Shown here: one piece after another, positions 44,691 to 58,576 of the stretch
Numbering within the stretch: position 1 is the stretch's first letter
How the letters are laid out: every line of letters begins with the position of its first letter
From: Sporopachydermia quercuum
Lineage: Eukaryota
Length of the DNA stretch: 64,000 bases
Assembly: GCA_001599295.1 (NCBI GenBank)
Contig: BCGN01000012.1
Coordinates: forward strand, 124,001 to 188,000
Reading direction: 5' to 3'
Made by a program: the position numbers and the translations under genes
Notes under the pieces: model-generated
Databases searched by the model: none
The model's input: the letters and a program-made list of their open reading frames with translations, nothing else
Told to the model about the DNA's origin: nothing

Positions 44691-46364
44691 AGTGAACTGT
44701 TGAAGGCAATTGACGCAGATATATTTGAAAATAAAACTACCTATTCCTGACCTAAATAAATCTCTGTCGACCAACAAACCAATAAATCAATGAGCTGTCA
44801 ATAATTGTAGTCCCTTAGTCGAAGTTGATCAATTCAATGTCTGGGTCAAATAGGAGAGCTATTATCCCAACCAAAATAAAAATCAGTTCATCTTGTGAAT
44901 ACCCTACATCATCGTATGGCTTTTTATTGATGAGGTAAGCGTAAAATAACATGGAAGATAGCAATTAGGTTTGAAAAGAGAACCCTAAATTATACTTGCA
45001 TACCTGTGCGTCTAGAATTTGAATCTTAAATGGTAGTTGGTTTAGTAGGGGGGAATATTTAGTCAAAAATGGAGTGCAAGAGCGGGGTCCGGAATGCTTT
45101 TCCCGATTAATAGTCCTTGTCCGAGAACTAAAGAAAAATAGTATTATGGAAATGTCTTTAAAAATAACTGAATGGGCCTGAATGGGAAAAAATATAGAAG
45201 ATCAATGAAGCACAACTGGATAGATCTCAACAATTTCAACAAGTTTACAAGGATCATATTAGAAACAATCACCAATAATCATAAAATAATACTAGTGATT
45301 AGCTTTTCTCGCTCTTCTTCAATGAATTCGCGAAGACTAGCATTAAAAATTAAATAATGTGTCCCTTTGCAGGTATAGCGGGACAAAACTTTTCATCTAC
45401 TTCGCATCTAAAGAATAAGCGACAATTGCCACTCTTGGCTTCATTTAATAGAAATCAAACCTCACTAGAAAAATTCTCTACTGGAATCGATACTAATATT
45501 TCTATTATCAATCGGAACAACGGTTTGATTTTAATGTTATAAACATTATTAAAGAATTCCAGAGCGCGACCAAAAATCTAGCCCAAAATAAAGATAAAAA
45601 TTTCCAGAACACTCTGATGTGAACTGACGTCTTAGTTCTTTGCCCTAGTTGCCAAAGTTCAGAAATTCTTCACTTCATAATCATCAATTGTTCCATAGTG
45701 CACCTCACTTACTCCAACTACTATATTACCGTTATCCGCTTTATACCTAGGGACATGTGTCGTACATGAATCTTGCTTCAAGATAACGGTCAGTCAATTA
45801 TCTCATGCCCTATTTTCTCCCTCTGCATATAGAGCACTCATCATTCTCACTATAAAATAAACGTCTATCTTTTTATAATCATCATTAAGCATTTAATTAT
45901 CATCCTATTTTCAACTATTCACCATCACAATCCATACTATTTTCACCTATCATTCAATTCACTATTACTGCACTTTCTCAACCTATTCAACATTTTTCAT
46001 CCTTCTCTCAACTTAACTTTCTTCTGCGTAAAGTTCCTCACTATAAATTTAAACCTTAAACCTAATTTTGATATCTTATCAATTAAACTTTCTGCCTACC
46101 GGAAACGGCAAAGTAAAGTCAATTCAGTGACAAAATACATAATTTAAACTTTGTCAATCTGAGGCTTGATGAAGCTTGAAAAAAAGGCGTTAAACCAGGA
46201 TCCAAAGCTATAAATATTTGATGAATTCCCTATTGGCAAGACCAAATGGGATGAATGCTGAGTGGATTGAAGACCACTGTGACAAACTAAGGGACGCACT
46301 TATTACGCAATTTCACTTGTTTGTAGCATATCTCATAGATTGACTTATGTTGTAATCGATATAG

Positions 46365-47564
<1,200 letters not shown>

Positions 47565-48709
47565 GGAAGTGTCCAGTCAGAGGAAAGCCTTTCAAAACTA
47601 ATACTGAAGCTATAGCATTCGATTACTGATTATAATAGTGGTAGTGTTGTGAATGCATTGTAATGTTGCAATTAACAAGAACATGGACCAATGGCAGTAC
47701 ATTATAATGAATAAATGAATCAATAGAAATGGGGAGCCATAATGAGAGTGTCAACAATTAAGAGAAAGCGTATGCTTGTGCCGCAATCACTATTTTGAGA
47801 TGTGTATATACTGCTTATAAGCAACATTGGAGATCAGAGAATGGACGTGAAATATGTACATGATATATGTAATTTTTCATGCCTATTTGGAAGATTTCTT
47901 CTTACTGGGTACTTTTGGGATGTCTCATTTAATAAAATGGAGTACTACTTGTATCAACTACTATATTTATTACTTTTTTTTATTGTTGTCCTGTTCCTAG
48001 GTGCCATTGGTACCAAGGTATTCATATTGTAATGGCTGATTTCGTTACAATGGTTTTCCAGTGAGACTGCTGGTTTAGTGCTAACTTATTTATATGGGGA
48101 TTCTTAATTCTATGTTAACTATGTTATGACGTTTTGGTAGATGTAAATGNTCTAGACGATGTAGATGAAATAAATGAAGTGGATACAGTACAGTGATGTT
48201 TTAAGACTTGGAAGGATTATTATTGACGGTTGGTCTATAAATGACTTCTAGAATACAAATATCATAAAGAAGATTCACTTGTTTGCGACACGGTATGATT
48301 TTGTAGTGAAAAATTATCATATATATCCTATAGATAACATTTACTAGAAATAGTCGAACTATATCACTAGGATTACGTTTATCGGCTAGACTGTTATTGT
48401 TCGTATATTTCCTTAACTTGAAGCGAACCCTATTGTTACAATGAAGATCAAAAGTCCTAAGTATCAACACACAACATCGTATGACTAAAAACCATTTATA
48501 TTTATACATATCTAGTATATCTATTGTTATTCATTGAGCACAGCTAGTAGATTAAATCATTTTATATACATTGCTGAACAATACAACTTCTTCTGCAGCA
48601 TTCTATTCTTCTCCATATAAGTATAGCATATTTTTCATGGTCTTTTCAGCTACTAATATAATTCGTTTGAAAAATATTTCTATCATTCTTTTTCATAATC
48701 TATTTTTCA

Positions 48710-50212
48710 CTATTCCTTTTCTAGTAGTTCTTCATACAATAGAGGATTTTCCTCCTTCAGTCCCTGAGACTCTTCCTGCAAATCCAACCATGTGACCTTT
48801 TCAAACACAGACTTATTTACTATCTCCTTCAAAGCATCGGATGATCCACCAGTAGTTATCTCTTTCACTTTAGAGACATTACTATCAGCAACAAGCAAAC
48901 AAATAGCATCATAACCTCCAGCACCAGGAACACAGCCACCAATAACACCTGGGAGACTCAGGCATGAGTTTAGTAGCACAGTTTGTTCCGGAGGCTCGAT
49001 TTCAGCTCCGCTTGCCCTGGTCATAGCCCTTAAACCTTTTCGAATGCTTTTAAAGCAAATAACAACATCTCGTAATAGATTGACATGCCTCGGTGTAGAA
49101 GATATAGGCAAATCGGCTACCATAGCAATATATTCACCCGAATGATTAGAAAGATACTGTAGCATTTCATCATATTCCTCAGGAACTTCGCTGTCCAGTT
49201 GCTTCAATTCGTTGAACAGATCTACCAGTTTCATATTCCAGTAATTGATCTCATCCCAAAGCTCCTTGGCTTCTTCAGCATTGGCTGACCTCCATGCGAG
49301 TACTCGCGATACAAGTTTAGTGGTAACTGAACCACCTTTTACATCCCCCATTACAAGTCTGATTCCACGAGGTAGAGAGCATGTTTCTATTTCCATATCC
49401 CATTCAGCATCAATTGCTTCGTTTATGCTGTCCCCAATGTTTCCTTGGTCTTGTCCATTAAGTGGTATCAATGATGCTATAGTACCAATAGGAAATCGCC
49501 TATAACGAATACTACCAAACACAGCAGCGCCAACATCAAAACCTGAGCCAATTTTCCCCTGAGCTGCACAATGAGCCAATTGGGCCAAATTATGCACTAT
49601 TTTCAGTGTAGAGATATCACCGACATTGAACTCATCTTTAAACGCCGACAGCAATGAAGCTACTAGCACAGTCACCAAACCAGCAGAAGAGCCCAATCCT
49701 GTTTTCGGCACACTGGAAATAGGAGCATCATAATAAGGAAGTTTCAAAGAAGATACAATCTTTGTGGCTGATTCAGAAGAGTGGTATGATCCGTCAGAGA
49801 AAACGGTGATAGAGATGTTATGTTTCTTAGTTGGCTTGACGTAGGCAAGTACTACCTTCAAGGTGGTTTCAATGAAAGAGTTCCTAGCAGCATCAGAAGT
49901 TCTTAACAAGAGGGGAAAACAAGTTAGTGATACTGGAATCAAAACGCTAAAAGGTACCGAGTTAAAATAGTATACTTACTGTATGGGAGTAAAACCCGAA
50001 TCATTAACTTCTATACCATATTCCCAAGTACTGGCTGCAAATTGTGGACTTCTTACAGTAATGGTTACATTTTCAGCTGGTACTGTTGTTATAACAGCAT
50101 GCATTCGAGCTGATAACGCTGTGACGAATGCTGAATATTCAGGTACCAGTACTAAATACCCACCAGCTAATAGGGCCTTACTGGGTGCACTGAATGATCG
50201 TTCTATAGACAT
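48710..50212 (-). CDS. ERG8: Phosphomevalonate kinase; exons 50212-49980 and 49901-48710
   Basis: FSAPSKALLAGGYLVL, KTGLGSSAGL, AHCAAQGKIGSGFDV, VPGAGGYDAI; intron GTAAGT..CACTAAC..AAG. Confidence 0.93.
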
Positions 50213-50416
50213 TTTTGATGCTTCTACCGTACAAAGTAAGGCAAGAATTAAAGATACACCTCTTGAAGAGCCTGAAAACAATATTCAAACGCAATTTGAG
50301 TAGCTATGAAGAATAGAGAGAACATTCTTCAAAGTCGATGACTTGTTGATCTAAATGTAAGTTTCATCAATTGATCCACCAAAGTGAGTTTGTGTCTCTG
50401 GAAAGCTAAGAGGGGT

Positions 50417-50503
50417 TTCGCAAGACATAAAATATATAATATACTATTACATAATAGAATATTACCTTCGCAAGACATAAGTGTAATATACTATTATATA
50501 ATA
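50417..50503. repeat. Imperfect direct duplication (50-nt period) in the ERG8/CYT2 divergent promoter
   Basis: TTCGCAAGACATAA...TAATATACTATTA(C/T)ATAATA starting at 50417 and 50467. Confidence 0.85.
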
Positions 50504-50555
50504 ATGTATTAGTAATCATGATTACCTAAAACAGCTAATGAAATATCAAACACAA

Positions 50556-50610
50556 CCAATGCGCATATTTATAATGTCATATAATTTAATAGTTGTTTCT
50601 GTTTGATTGG
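50556..50610. promoter_or_regulatory. Two CCAAT boxes (Hap2/3/5 type) upstream of CYT2
   Basis: CCAAT at 50556 and TGATTGG at 50604, in front of a respiratory gene. Confidence 0.45.
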
Positions 50611-50717
50611 GATTCTTGTGAAATAAAAGATGTAGTGATCCTGGCATATATGAAGAAAAGGATAAAAATCACTTAGATACATAATCAATTATAGCATTGT
50701 ACTGGATGTTATGAAAA

Positions 50718-51581
50718 ATGTCACAAGAAGTAAGGTGTCCTGTTGATCATGAAAACCTAAAGGCAAAACAGCCAGAGAAATGTCCTGTAGATCATGGGTC
50801 TCTCCGTAAGCTGGAGAAGCCTAGTGATATAGGGGAATGCCCTGTAGATCACAGTAAATGGGTCAATGAGAAAAAATTATCCACCATGTCTTCAGATACT
50901 GATGGTGTTGATGTTTGTCCAGTAGATCATGAAGCTCGAAAAATATGGTTGCTGAATAATAACGATAAGGGAACTGCACCATCTATCGCAGCTTCTACTA
51001 GTAAATCAGAGGAAGATTGCTCAAATGTCGCTGCAAATCTAACGCCTGTATCCCCAACACCTATANTTGATGAGAATTCAGCTGTTTTACCCGAAGAAAG
51101 GGAAGTTTCATCCATCCCTCGGAAAGGACTTGATGGTAACTGGGTTTATCCATCACAACGTCAGTTTTACAATGCCATGAAACGTAAGAACTGGTCACCT
51201 AGACCTGAAGATATGACAACTGTGGTTCCTATACATAATGCTGTAAACGAAAGGGCGTGGCAGATGATTCTGGATTGGGAAAAAGGACAAGGTGCTGAAA
51301 GTTGTGGTGGGCCTGAACTTATTTCATTCAAAGGTGACTCTAAGAAACTGACACCGAAAGCAAGGTGGAACATGTTATGGGGCTATGAAAAACCTTTTGA
51401 TCGACACGACTGGAAAATTGATAGATGTGGAAAAGAGATAGAATACGTTATAGACTTTTATTCAGGTAAAACTGATAATCGAATGCCAGGTATTCCAAGT
51501 TTTTATCTAGATGTTCGACCAAAATTGAATAGCTATGAGGGCATAGCTATGAGAATGAAGAAGTTCTTGGGTATATATTAG
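50718..51581 (+). CDS. CYT2: Cytochrome c1 heme lyase (holocytochrome synthase)
   Basis: CPVDH motifs; CPVDHEARKIWL resembles the Cyt2 N-terminus; WVYPS, HNAVNE.AW, PFDRHDW, YVIDFY, YLDVRPKLNS. Confidence 0.88.
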   Translation: MSQEVRCPVDHENLKAKQPEKCPVDHGSLRKLEKPSDIGECPVDHSKWVNEKKLSTMSSDTDGVDVCPVDHEARKIWLLNNNDKGTAPSIAASTSKSEEDCSNVAANLTPVSPTPIXDENSAVLPEEREVSSIPRKGLDGNWVYPSQRQFYNAMKRKNWSPRPEDMTTVVPIHNAVNERAWQMILDWEKGQGAESCGGPELISFKGDSKKLTPKARWNMLWGYEKPFDRHDWKIDRCGKEIEYVIDFYSGKTDNRMPGIPSFYLDVRPKLNSYEGIAMRMKKFLGIY

Positions 51582-51826
51582 ATCGCAATCTATCAACCGC
51601 TTCAGGAAACTCAACAAAATAACCATTGTATATATTTTAATATTATTTCGTTGATTTCATGTTTTCATACATTAATCTATCTACAACGAGCATTAACGTA
51701 AATACATAATATACATGCGTAAATTTCTTTCACATTCATTGATTTCTCATTAGAAATAACACTAGCCCGCTGAGAGTAAAGCCTATATACAGAAACATCA
51801 GCCTATATCCAATTCCATCTTTTCAT

Positions 51827-52193
51827 TTATTTAGGTTGCATAGTAGCACCTAACTGTTGCATTTTCTATAGCAAACTGTTAGTAAAATCCGTTTATTATC
51901 AATCTATCCATTTCGAGATACAATCTACCTCTCGCCATCTTTTCAAAACTTACCTCTGACACTTTTGTGTTGACTTCAAAGTACTTGGCAACACATCTGT
52001 CAATACATAATGATTCGCCAGAGGTTAGTGGCCCATCAGGATACTTATTGGTGATACATTTAGTATGGCAAGAATCGACTAATCTGTTGAACAAATCAGT
52101 GACCATTTCAATCTCAAACTCTGCAGCAACGAGCTTATTGCTGTCCACATTTCCAGTGGGATTTGATTTGTTTCCTCCAAATAAAAATGACAT
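51827..52193 (-). CDS. TIM10: Mitochondrial intermembrane-space small Tim chaperone Tim10, 92 aa; exons 52193-51954 and 51865-51827
   Basis: AAEFEIEMVTDLFNRLV; twin CX3C (CHTKC, CIDRC); intron GTAAGT..TACTAAC..TAG, then KMQQLG. Confidence 0.92.
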
Positions 52194-53652
52194 TTTTTAA
52201 CTTTGATATCAATACTTTCCTTACTGTATTTTATCCCTTTTATTCCTGTGAAAAATGTATAAGTATATTGGTATATTCTCGTTATAACTGTTGATCATTA
52301 ATAGTAGGTGAGTTTATTTCTTTGCAATCATGAAATTTGTCAAACCTCATTTTTCATCACTGTTTGATGAGTAGAAAGAGTAATTGTTATATCAGGGTAA
52401 TATTAAAAGTAGAAGGAGACGTTATGTCAAATGAAAATAAAAGTGTGATTGTGCGTATTAATTGCATAACGTACATATTTTTAAACCTTATATATTACAA
52501 CCTGTTCGAATTGAAGGCCACTAACTCTTCTTCTGCTGGTACGTTATTTGGTCAATAGAACTGATTCTGATTAGGTTATTGAAAAGAGACTTGTGGATCG
52601 AAGCAATGCGGACAAATTGGGAATTGTATTTACAGTTCAATGGAGAGAAAGCGTGCTCATAACACGCAGCGTCATCAAGTAAACCGATTACTATGAAATA
52701 TTGATTCCTACCGAGACTGATTGGAGTAGAAACCAGGTATCGAATGTTTCTAGGACGAATCCATTATTTGTTTTCAAAGGATTGATATCAGTAGACTTAC
52801 TAATATAATGATGACTAACTGCTTTTGTCCATCAGATATGTATGATTTGATCCAGATTCCATGCAAAGGTTAAGGCGCCATATACCCGCATTGTCTGACA
52901 CTGCCTTATTTATTACAACATTTCCGACGTTGGCTCTAATTATAGAAACATATTAATTTACCGTTGATCACTTTATCAATTCCGAATTCTTACCTGCACT
53001 CTCACTTTTAATTGTTAAATAATATATTATACTCCGATATTCATATTGTTTCCGATTCATTGGTAAATCACGGAAATAATCACTTACTACCATTTCTGCT
53101 GTTAGTTCTAGGTGTTACCCATTGGACTGATTTAGATTCTTGAGTAGACAACTAGAATATATCAATTTAATGAAATACTGTTATGGTCATAAATCAAAAT
53201 TGGTATCCAATTCTAGCCTTAACCCTTTTCTATCTTGACCTTTCTTTATTTCTCAATATCCCACTCATTCCACTGGTTCCACAATCTGCACATCCCATCT
53301 CAACTCATCACCCAATTACGGAAAGGATCTGCCTTATCTCCGATATTATCGGGGGCATCTCGAGATTGCTAGACCTCCTGAAACCAAGCTGTATACCCAA
53401 ATTGGACTAGTTACCACATAATTACACCTATTTTATGTAACTAAGGGTACACATCCCATTCACAGGGCGCACCCTTTTCCAATCTTATCAACAAACTCAT
53501 CATTATTCATAAACAGTCCTCTTTCCAACAGGTTTTAATGAAAGCCATCAATCAGCTTCTACTAGTTAACACAGAAACGCTACATGTTAAAAGCATTGTA
53601 GTTATCAGTGAATTGATTAAATCAAGGACACACCACATATCCTTTAACAACA

Positions 53653-55200
53653 ATGACCTCAATTGACATTTCGACCTATGGACGCGAGATCAAAAAAGCC
53701 TACGATTCCATTGTAGCAAACGATCCTTCAATTTCCTGGGTTTTACTGAACTACGGTGCAGGTTTATCGAACACGGTGAAACCTGTCGCTGAAGGTGCTT
53801 CCGATCTAGAAGATTTCCTTGAAGAGTTTGACGACGGTAAAGTACAGTATGGGTTTGTTAGAGTATCTGACCCAAATACCAATTTACCTAAATATGTATT
53901 AATTGGCTGGTGTGGAGAAGGCGTACCAGAGAGAGCTAAAGGATATTTTAACTCACATTTCAGCGCAATTGCTAAGATTTTTCCAAGTTATCATGTTCAA
54001 ATCACTGCTCGTTCAATTGATGATTTATCTGCGTCAGAGATTCTCAGGAAGGTCGAGAATGCATCTGGTTCTAAATATTCCCTTCATAGTAAAGCAGTCC
54101 CAGTGAAGCCAAAGTACTCTTCTCATCATACATCATCAGGTGCTAAAGAAGAAGACTGGGGTGACGCTCCTCCAGTTGTTGAATCAGAAATTACAAAAGT
54201 TCCTACTGCATATAAGCCTACAAAAGTTGATATTGCTAGTTTGAAAGCTAAGGCCAAACCTGTTCCACCCCCTAGTACTAAGAAGGTTGATATAGATAGC
54301 ATTAAACAGGAATCCAAAGCCACTGGATTAGACAAATTCAACTCCAAGCCTGAACCTGTGAAAGGTGCTTATGTTCCAATTGGAAAAGTCGATATTGCTG
54401 CCATTAGAGCTAAAGCTAAAGCTGCTGGTTTAGATAAGTTTGAAGACAAACCTGAACCTGTGAGAGGTGCTTATGTTCCTATAGGCAAAGTTGATATTGA
54501 CTCCATTAAGAGAAAGGCAAGTGCTAAAGCTGATTTTGCTGAGTCTTCTTCTAGCAGAGTTCCTGTCTCCAGATATGAACCTGAAACTAGTGGTAAGACA
54601 GCTGACGAAGAAGAAGAAGAAGAAGAAGACATTGATCAGGAACCCAAATCATTAAAAGATAGAATGAAGACTTTTCAAAAGAGTGAAAGGTTAACTGAAC
54701 TTCCTAAGCCGAAGGTTGAGAAGTCAGTATTGTCCAGATTTACTCCTGAAGGAAGATCTACCACTATTCATACTCCTAATCCTTTAGGCTTCCAATCAAA
54801 GGCTAACATTGTTGGTGGTGCTAGCAGAAACTTTGCTGCTGAAGGTGGTAAAACCCCGGCTCAAATTTGGGCAGAAAAACACGGCAAAGCTTCTCCATCT
54901 AATGGACCCTCAGAACCCGANGATGCTCATCATGATGAAGATGAAGAAAAAATCGATACTGAAGATATCGAGCCTGTTGATGAGATCAGATCTAAGTTTT
55001 CCCATGCTAATATCAACGACAACGACGATGGAGATGTTCATGGCAACGTTTCTAGTTTCAGCCAAAGGTCTAGTGTGTTATATGGACGACAACAGGAAGA
55101 AAAGGAAGAGGAAGAGCACGAAGAAGAAGAAGAGGAAGCTAGATACGTTCCTCCGCCCCCACCTGCTTCTACTAGACCTGTGACTGCACCTGCTCCTGTT

Positions 55201-55236
<36 letters not shown>

Positions 55237-55719
55237 TCATTTCCAGCTCCAGAATCAGCACCTGTACCACAGGCAAATGAAGAAGCTCAATCAGGAGCTG
55301 TTGCTATCGCTGAATTTGACTACGAAAAGGCAGAAGATAATGAGATTGCTTTTGCAGAAGGAGAAAAAATCACTGCTATCAAGTTCGTTGATGAAGATTG
55401 GTGGCTTGGTACCAACGCTTCGGGCGAAAGAGGTCTTTTCCCTAGAACATATGTTGAACTTATCGATGGAGAATCAGCAGGACGTGCTGAGCCTGAACCC
55501 GAAGCTGAACCGGAAGCTGAAGATGAAGAACCAAGCGCTGCAGGTGGCCCATCAGCTGTTGCACAATACGATTACGAAGCGGCAGAAAGCAATGAAATAT
55601 CATTTAATGAAAACGACGTTATCACTAATATTGAGTTTGTTGACGATGATTGGTGGTTGGGCTCTGTCAATAACGAACGAGGCTTATTTCCATCCAATTA
55701 TGTCGAACTTTCACAGTAA
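53653..55719 (+). CDS. ABP1: Actin-binding protein Abp1 (ADF-H plus two SH3 domains)
   Basis: N-terminal ADF-H (KVQYGFVRV..KYVLIGWCGEGVP), KTPAQIWAEK, Pro-rich linker and two SH3 domains (AEFDYE..WWLG..GLFP). Confidence 0.94.
55201..55236 (+). repeat. (CCAGAA)6 coding microsatellite (PE repeat in Abp1)
   Basis: Read directly. Confidence 0.9.
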
Positions 55720-56682
55720 GTTTAGTATGACGAATATAAGCCGAGATAGAGACTGGAAAGTTTGGGATTTGGACTTTTTTCATGATACTAAATACGATCT
55801 GGCAATAGTGAAAAATAAATAGTAATATCAGCAATATCTTTTTGGTCATCACTTGAGCGAGTCATTCAAACTCAGTCAACAGCTTTCACAACTTTTCACA
55901 GATCTATGTTGTAACTATGGCTGATTTAAGGCTAGTAGGTATGTGTAATTGGATTAGGATATGTTATATCCAAGGGGTAGAAGAAAGAAAAAGACTGAAT
56001 AAAATAAAAGAAAATAAAAGAAAGTATAGTAAAAAGTTTTAGAAATGAGAAATTACTATTGAATTGGGAAGTAGGTTACTGAATAAAATAAGAATTGAAA
56101 ATCAGTATTTCATATATTTTATATTCTAATGGTGCTAAGTGTGTTCATTATTATAATTATCATATATGATAATGTCTCGCGTTCATTCAATTAGCCCTAT
56201 GTAATGCACTTGTAAGGTTGTTATTAAGACTACGACTAAGAATTCTGCTAAGTAACAAAAGGATTACAATCATTTGTTATACCTGATCCATCGCATCAAA
56301 TATCATTCTTATAGTATGTTTTCACTATATTTATATTATATTTATATTTCTATATAAACATAAGCAGTTATGAGTTAATTTTAAGGTCATAATAGCAGTT
56401 ATCACTTAGCACTTATCCTATAGTTATGTTATCAGCAGCTAGTAATTCGTACCATTGATTACTTTTCAACCCATTTATATCGTAAAATTTGCTATCTCCA
56501 TGCTCAGAAAATCATTGTCGTTCATGTAAACACATTTATCAGTAATTGTATATTTATANTGTAGTGCATGTAGAACATGCATAACTTTTTGTAGTCCCTG
56601 TAGTTAAGTATACCCATTCCCTTTTATGCCATTTACCCGATTGTTCTTCTCTCATATGACTCTTTACTACTACCAGTATTAT

Positions 56683-58576
56683 CTATAATTGCTCACGAAG
56701 TTTGGCAACCCAAAACTTCAATACTGCCACACCCTTTGGCGAGTCTTTTACTCCTCTTCGTGCTATTATATTGGCATGAGTATTCCAGACCATCATATAA
56801 ACAGCGTATTTCTCCCATTTTAACGTATTCAAGTTCACCATTATTTCCTTTTCGTCTTTCGACAAAGACAAGACTTCACCTTGAACTAAAATTCCTTCAT
56901 TTAGCTCTTCTCCACCTAAATCGGGCTCAATTTTACTTGGTAATCTTTCCTGAACAGCTGATATAACAACAGCCTTTACGGACTCAAGATTCTTGTTAGA
57001 ATCCAATTTGGCGTTGCTGTCTCTTCGCTTACGTTCATCTCTTGCATCACTCATAGCTTCAGCCTCGTTTTTGATATCTGCACTGTCGACATTAAGAAAC
57101 TCAATCACTCTTTCTGTTACTTCTGCAGCTTCATTTGATACCTTCGATGCTCTCCTTGATCGATTCTCTATGAGGCTTTCCGAGGATAGATCTCCAAGAA
57201 GGTAATCTTCTACTGCTTCAGAGGAATAAGCTTCAGAAATTGTCGGTGACAATTGGTTCGAAGAAACTTCAGACTCGTCCAGGGGAGCAGTTGTATATGG
57301 CCCATTTTTACGTTCAGCCACATAGTTATTACTGTTTTTGGAGCTATCTAAAGCATCAGTTGCTGTTTCAGCTAATTTTTGAGCCACAGCTGCCCCATTG
57401 AGCTTATCAAACTTGTGTCCCTCATGTCCCTTACCATCAGGAACATCTATCTCTCTTTCCTGAGGTTTTGCATCCCTTAATATTACAAACAATTCTTGCC
57501 ATTCTTTCTTAGACACCTTTTCTGATTTGCTAGACTTGAACCTAGCAACCCGGAATCCGCTTCTAACTGTTCCATACATAGACAAGCAAATGGCTATAGG
57601 TAGAAATATTGGCAATATCATTATAATTGACATATAAACACCGACAATTCTCCTTGTCACTCCAAGTTTGCTTTTACTTTTCCTTCTTTGTTCTTTCGGT
57701 AAAAGCCTTGATCGTCTGAAATCTGCTACCAGGGGTCCTTCCATTAAAATCTGTTCTGGAAACGTCAATTGTCCTAATACACTTAGAAATTCAGGATTAT
57801 CGTCTTCCTCGGCTTCAAATCCTTTAAATTTCAAATCAACAAGCTTCCAATCATTCCAAGGATTCCTATCGTAAATGTATCCAGTATAAAAGCTTACGAC
57901 TCTATCAAAACGCAAATTAACAAATAGATACCTTTTCTCGAACATTGCTAAAGCTTTATAATAGCATAATCCCGGATTTGTCAGGTCTATCAATATTCGC
58001 GATCTGCTAATAAACATATCACGTCCTGATTGGCCCAATAGAATTTTCCCCATCTTATTTCGAAACATATCAAAGAAGCTTTTCTCAAAGAAATGAACTC
58101 CCATGAAAGGAGAAGCAAACGTAGTGAAAGTCTTTGGTTTAATTGAATCAAAAGCACCAAGCTCAAATAAACGTCCAATTACGTATCTGACAATAATGCC
58201 GCCCATAGAATAGCCCACTACACTTAAATCTGTTACTATTTGATTTTTTTCGCTAAGAGCTTTAATACGAGCGAATACTTCATTTATGATTCTTTCACCG
58301 CAGACAACAATTCCATCGTATGTTCTGAAGTTTTCGTTTGATTTTGTTACAAGGATATCAATTGAAGATTCAGTTGAATCCTTCAGTTCTTCCTGTATTA
58401 TTTCTTTCATTGATTCCATATGTTTAGAGGATCCCCATAGGCTAGAACGATGGGTTATGTTAGTACTGTGACGGACAGGTTTATGCAGTACTGCAGTAGC
58501 AAAAAGAATAATCAAGGAAAAAGATAACATACCCATGGACCAAGATAAAAAGATGAATATCAGCGGATTCCGTCAT
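56683..58576 (-). CDS. DUF676 alpha/beta-hydrolase putative lipase (Rog1/Lpl1-like); exons 58576-58533 and 58441-56683
   Basis: The splice GG|GTATGT..TACTAAC..TAG|C restores HLFILVHGLWG. Also TYDGI, nucleophile GYSMGG, FTTFASPFMG, a hydrophobic helix and C-terminal THANII. Confidence 0.88.

Noticed and set aside
51879..51953. 104-aa unspliced TIM10 reading
   Set aside because: A consensus donor, branch point and acceptor give the expected KMQ C-terminus, so the read-through is probably incidental
52808..52897. ATGATGA...CTGA pair
   Set aside because: No rRNA complementarity that I recognise next to the D box, and the C box overlaps a branch-point-like sequence
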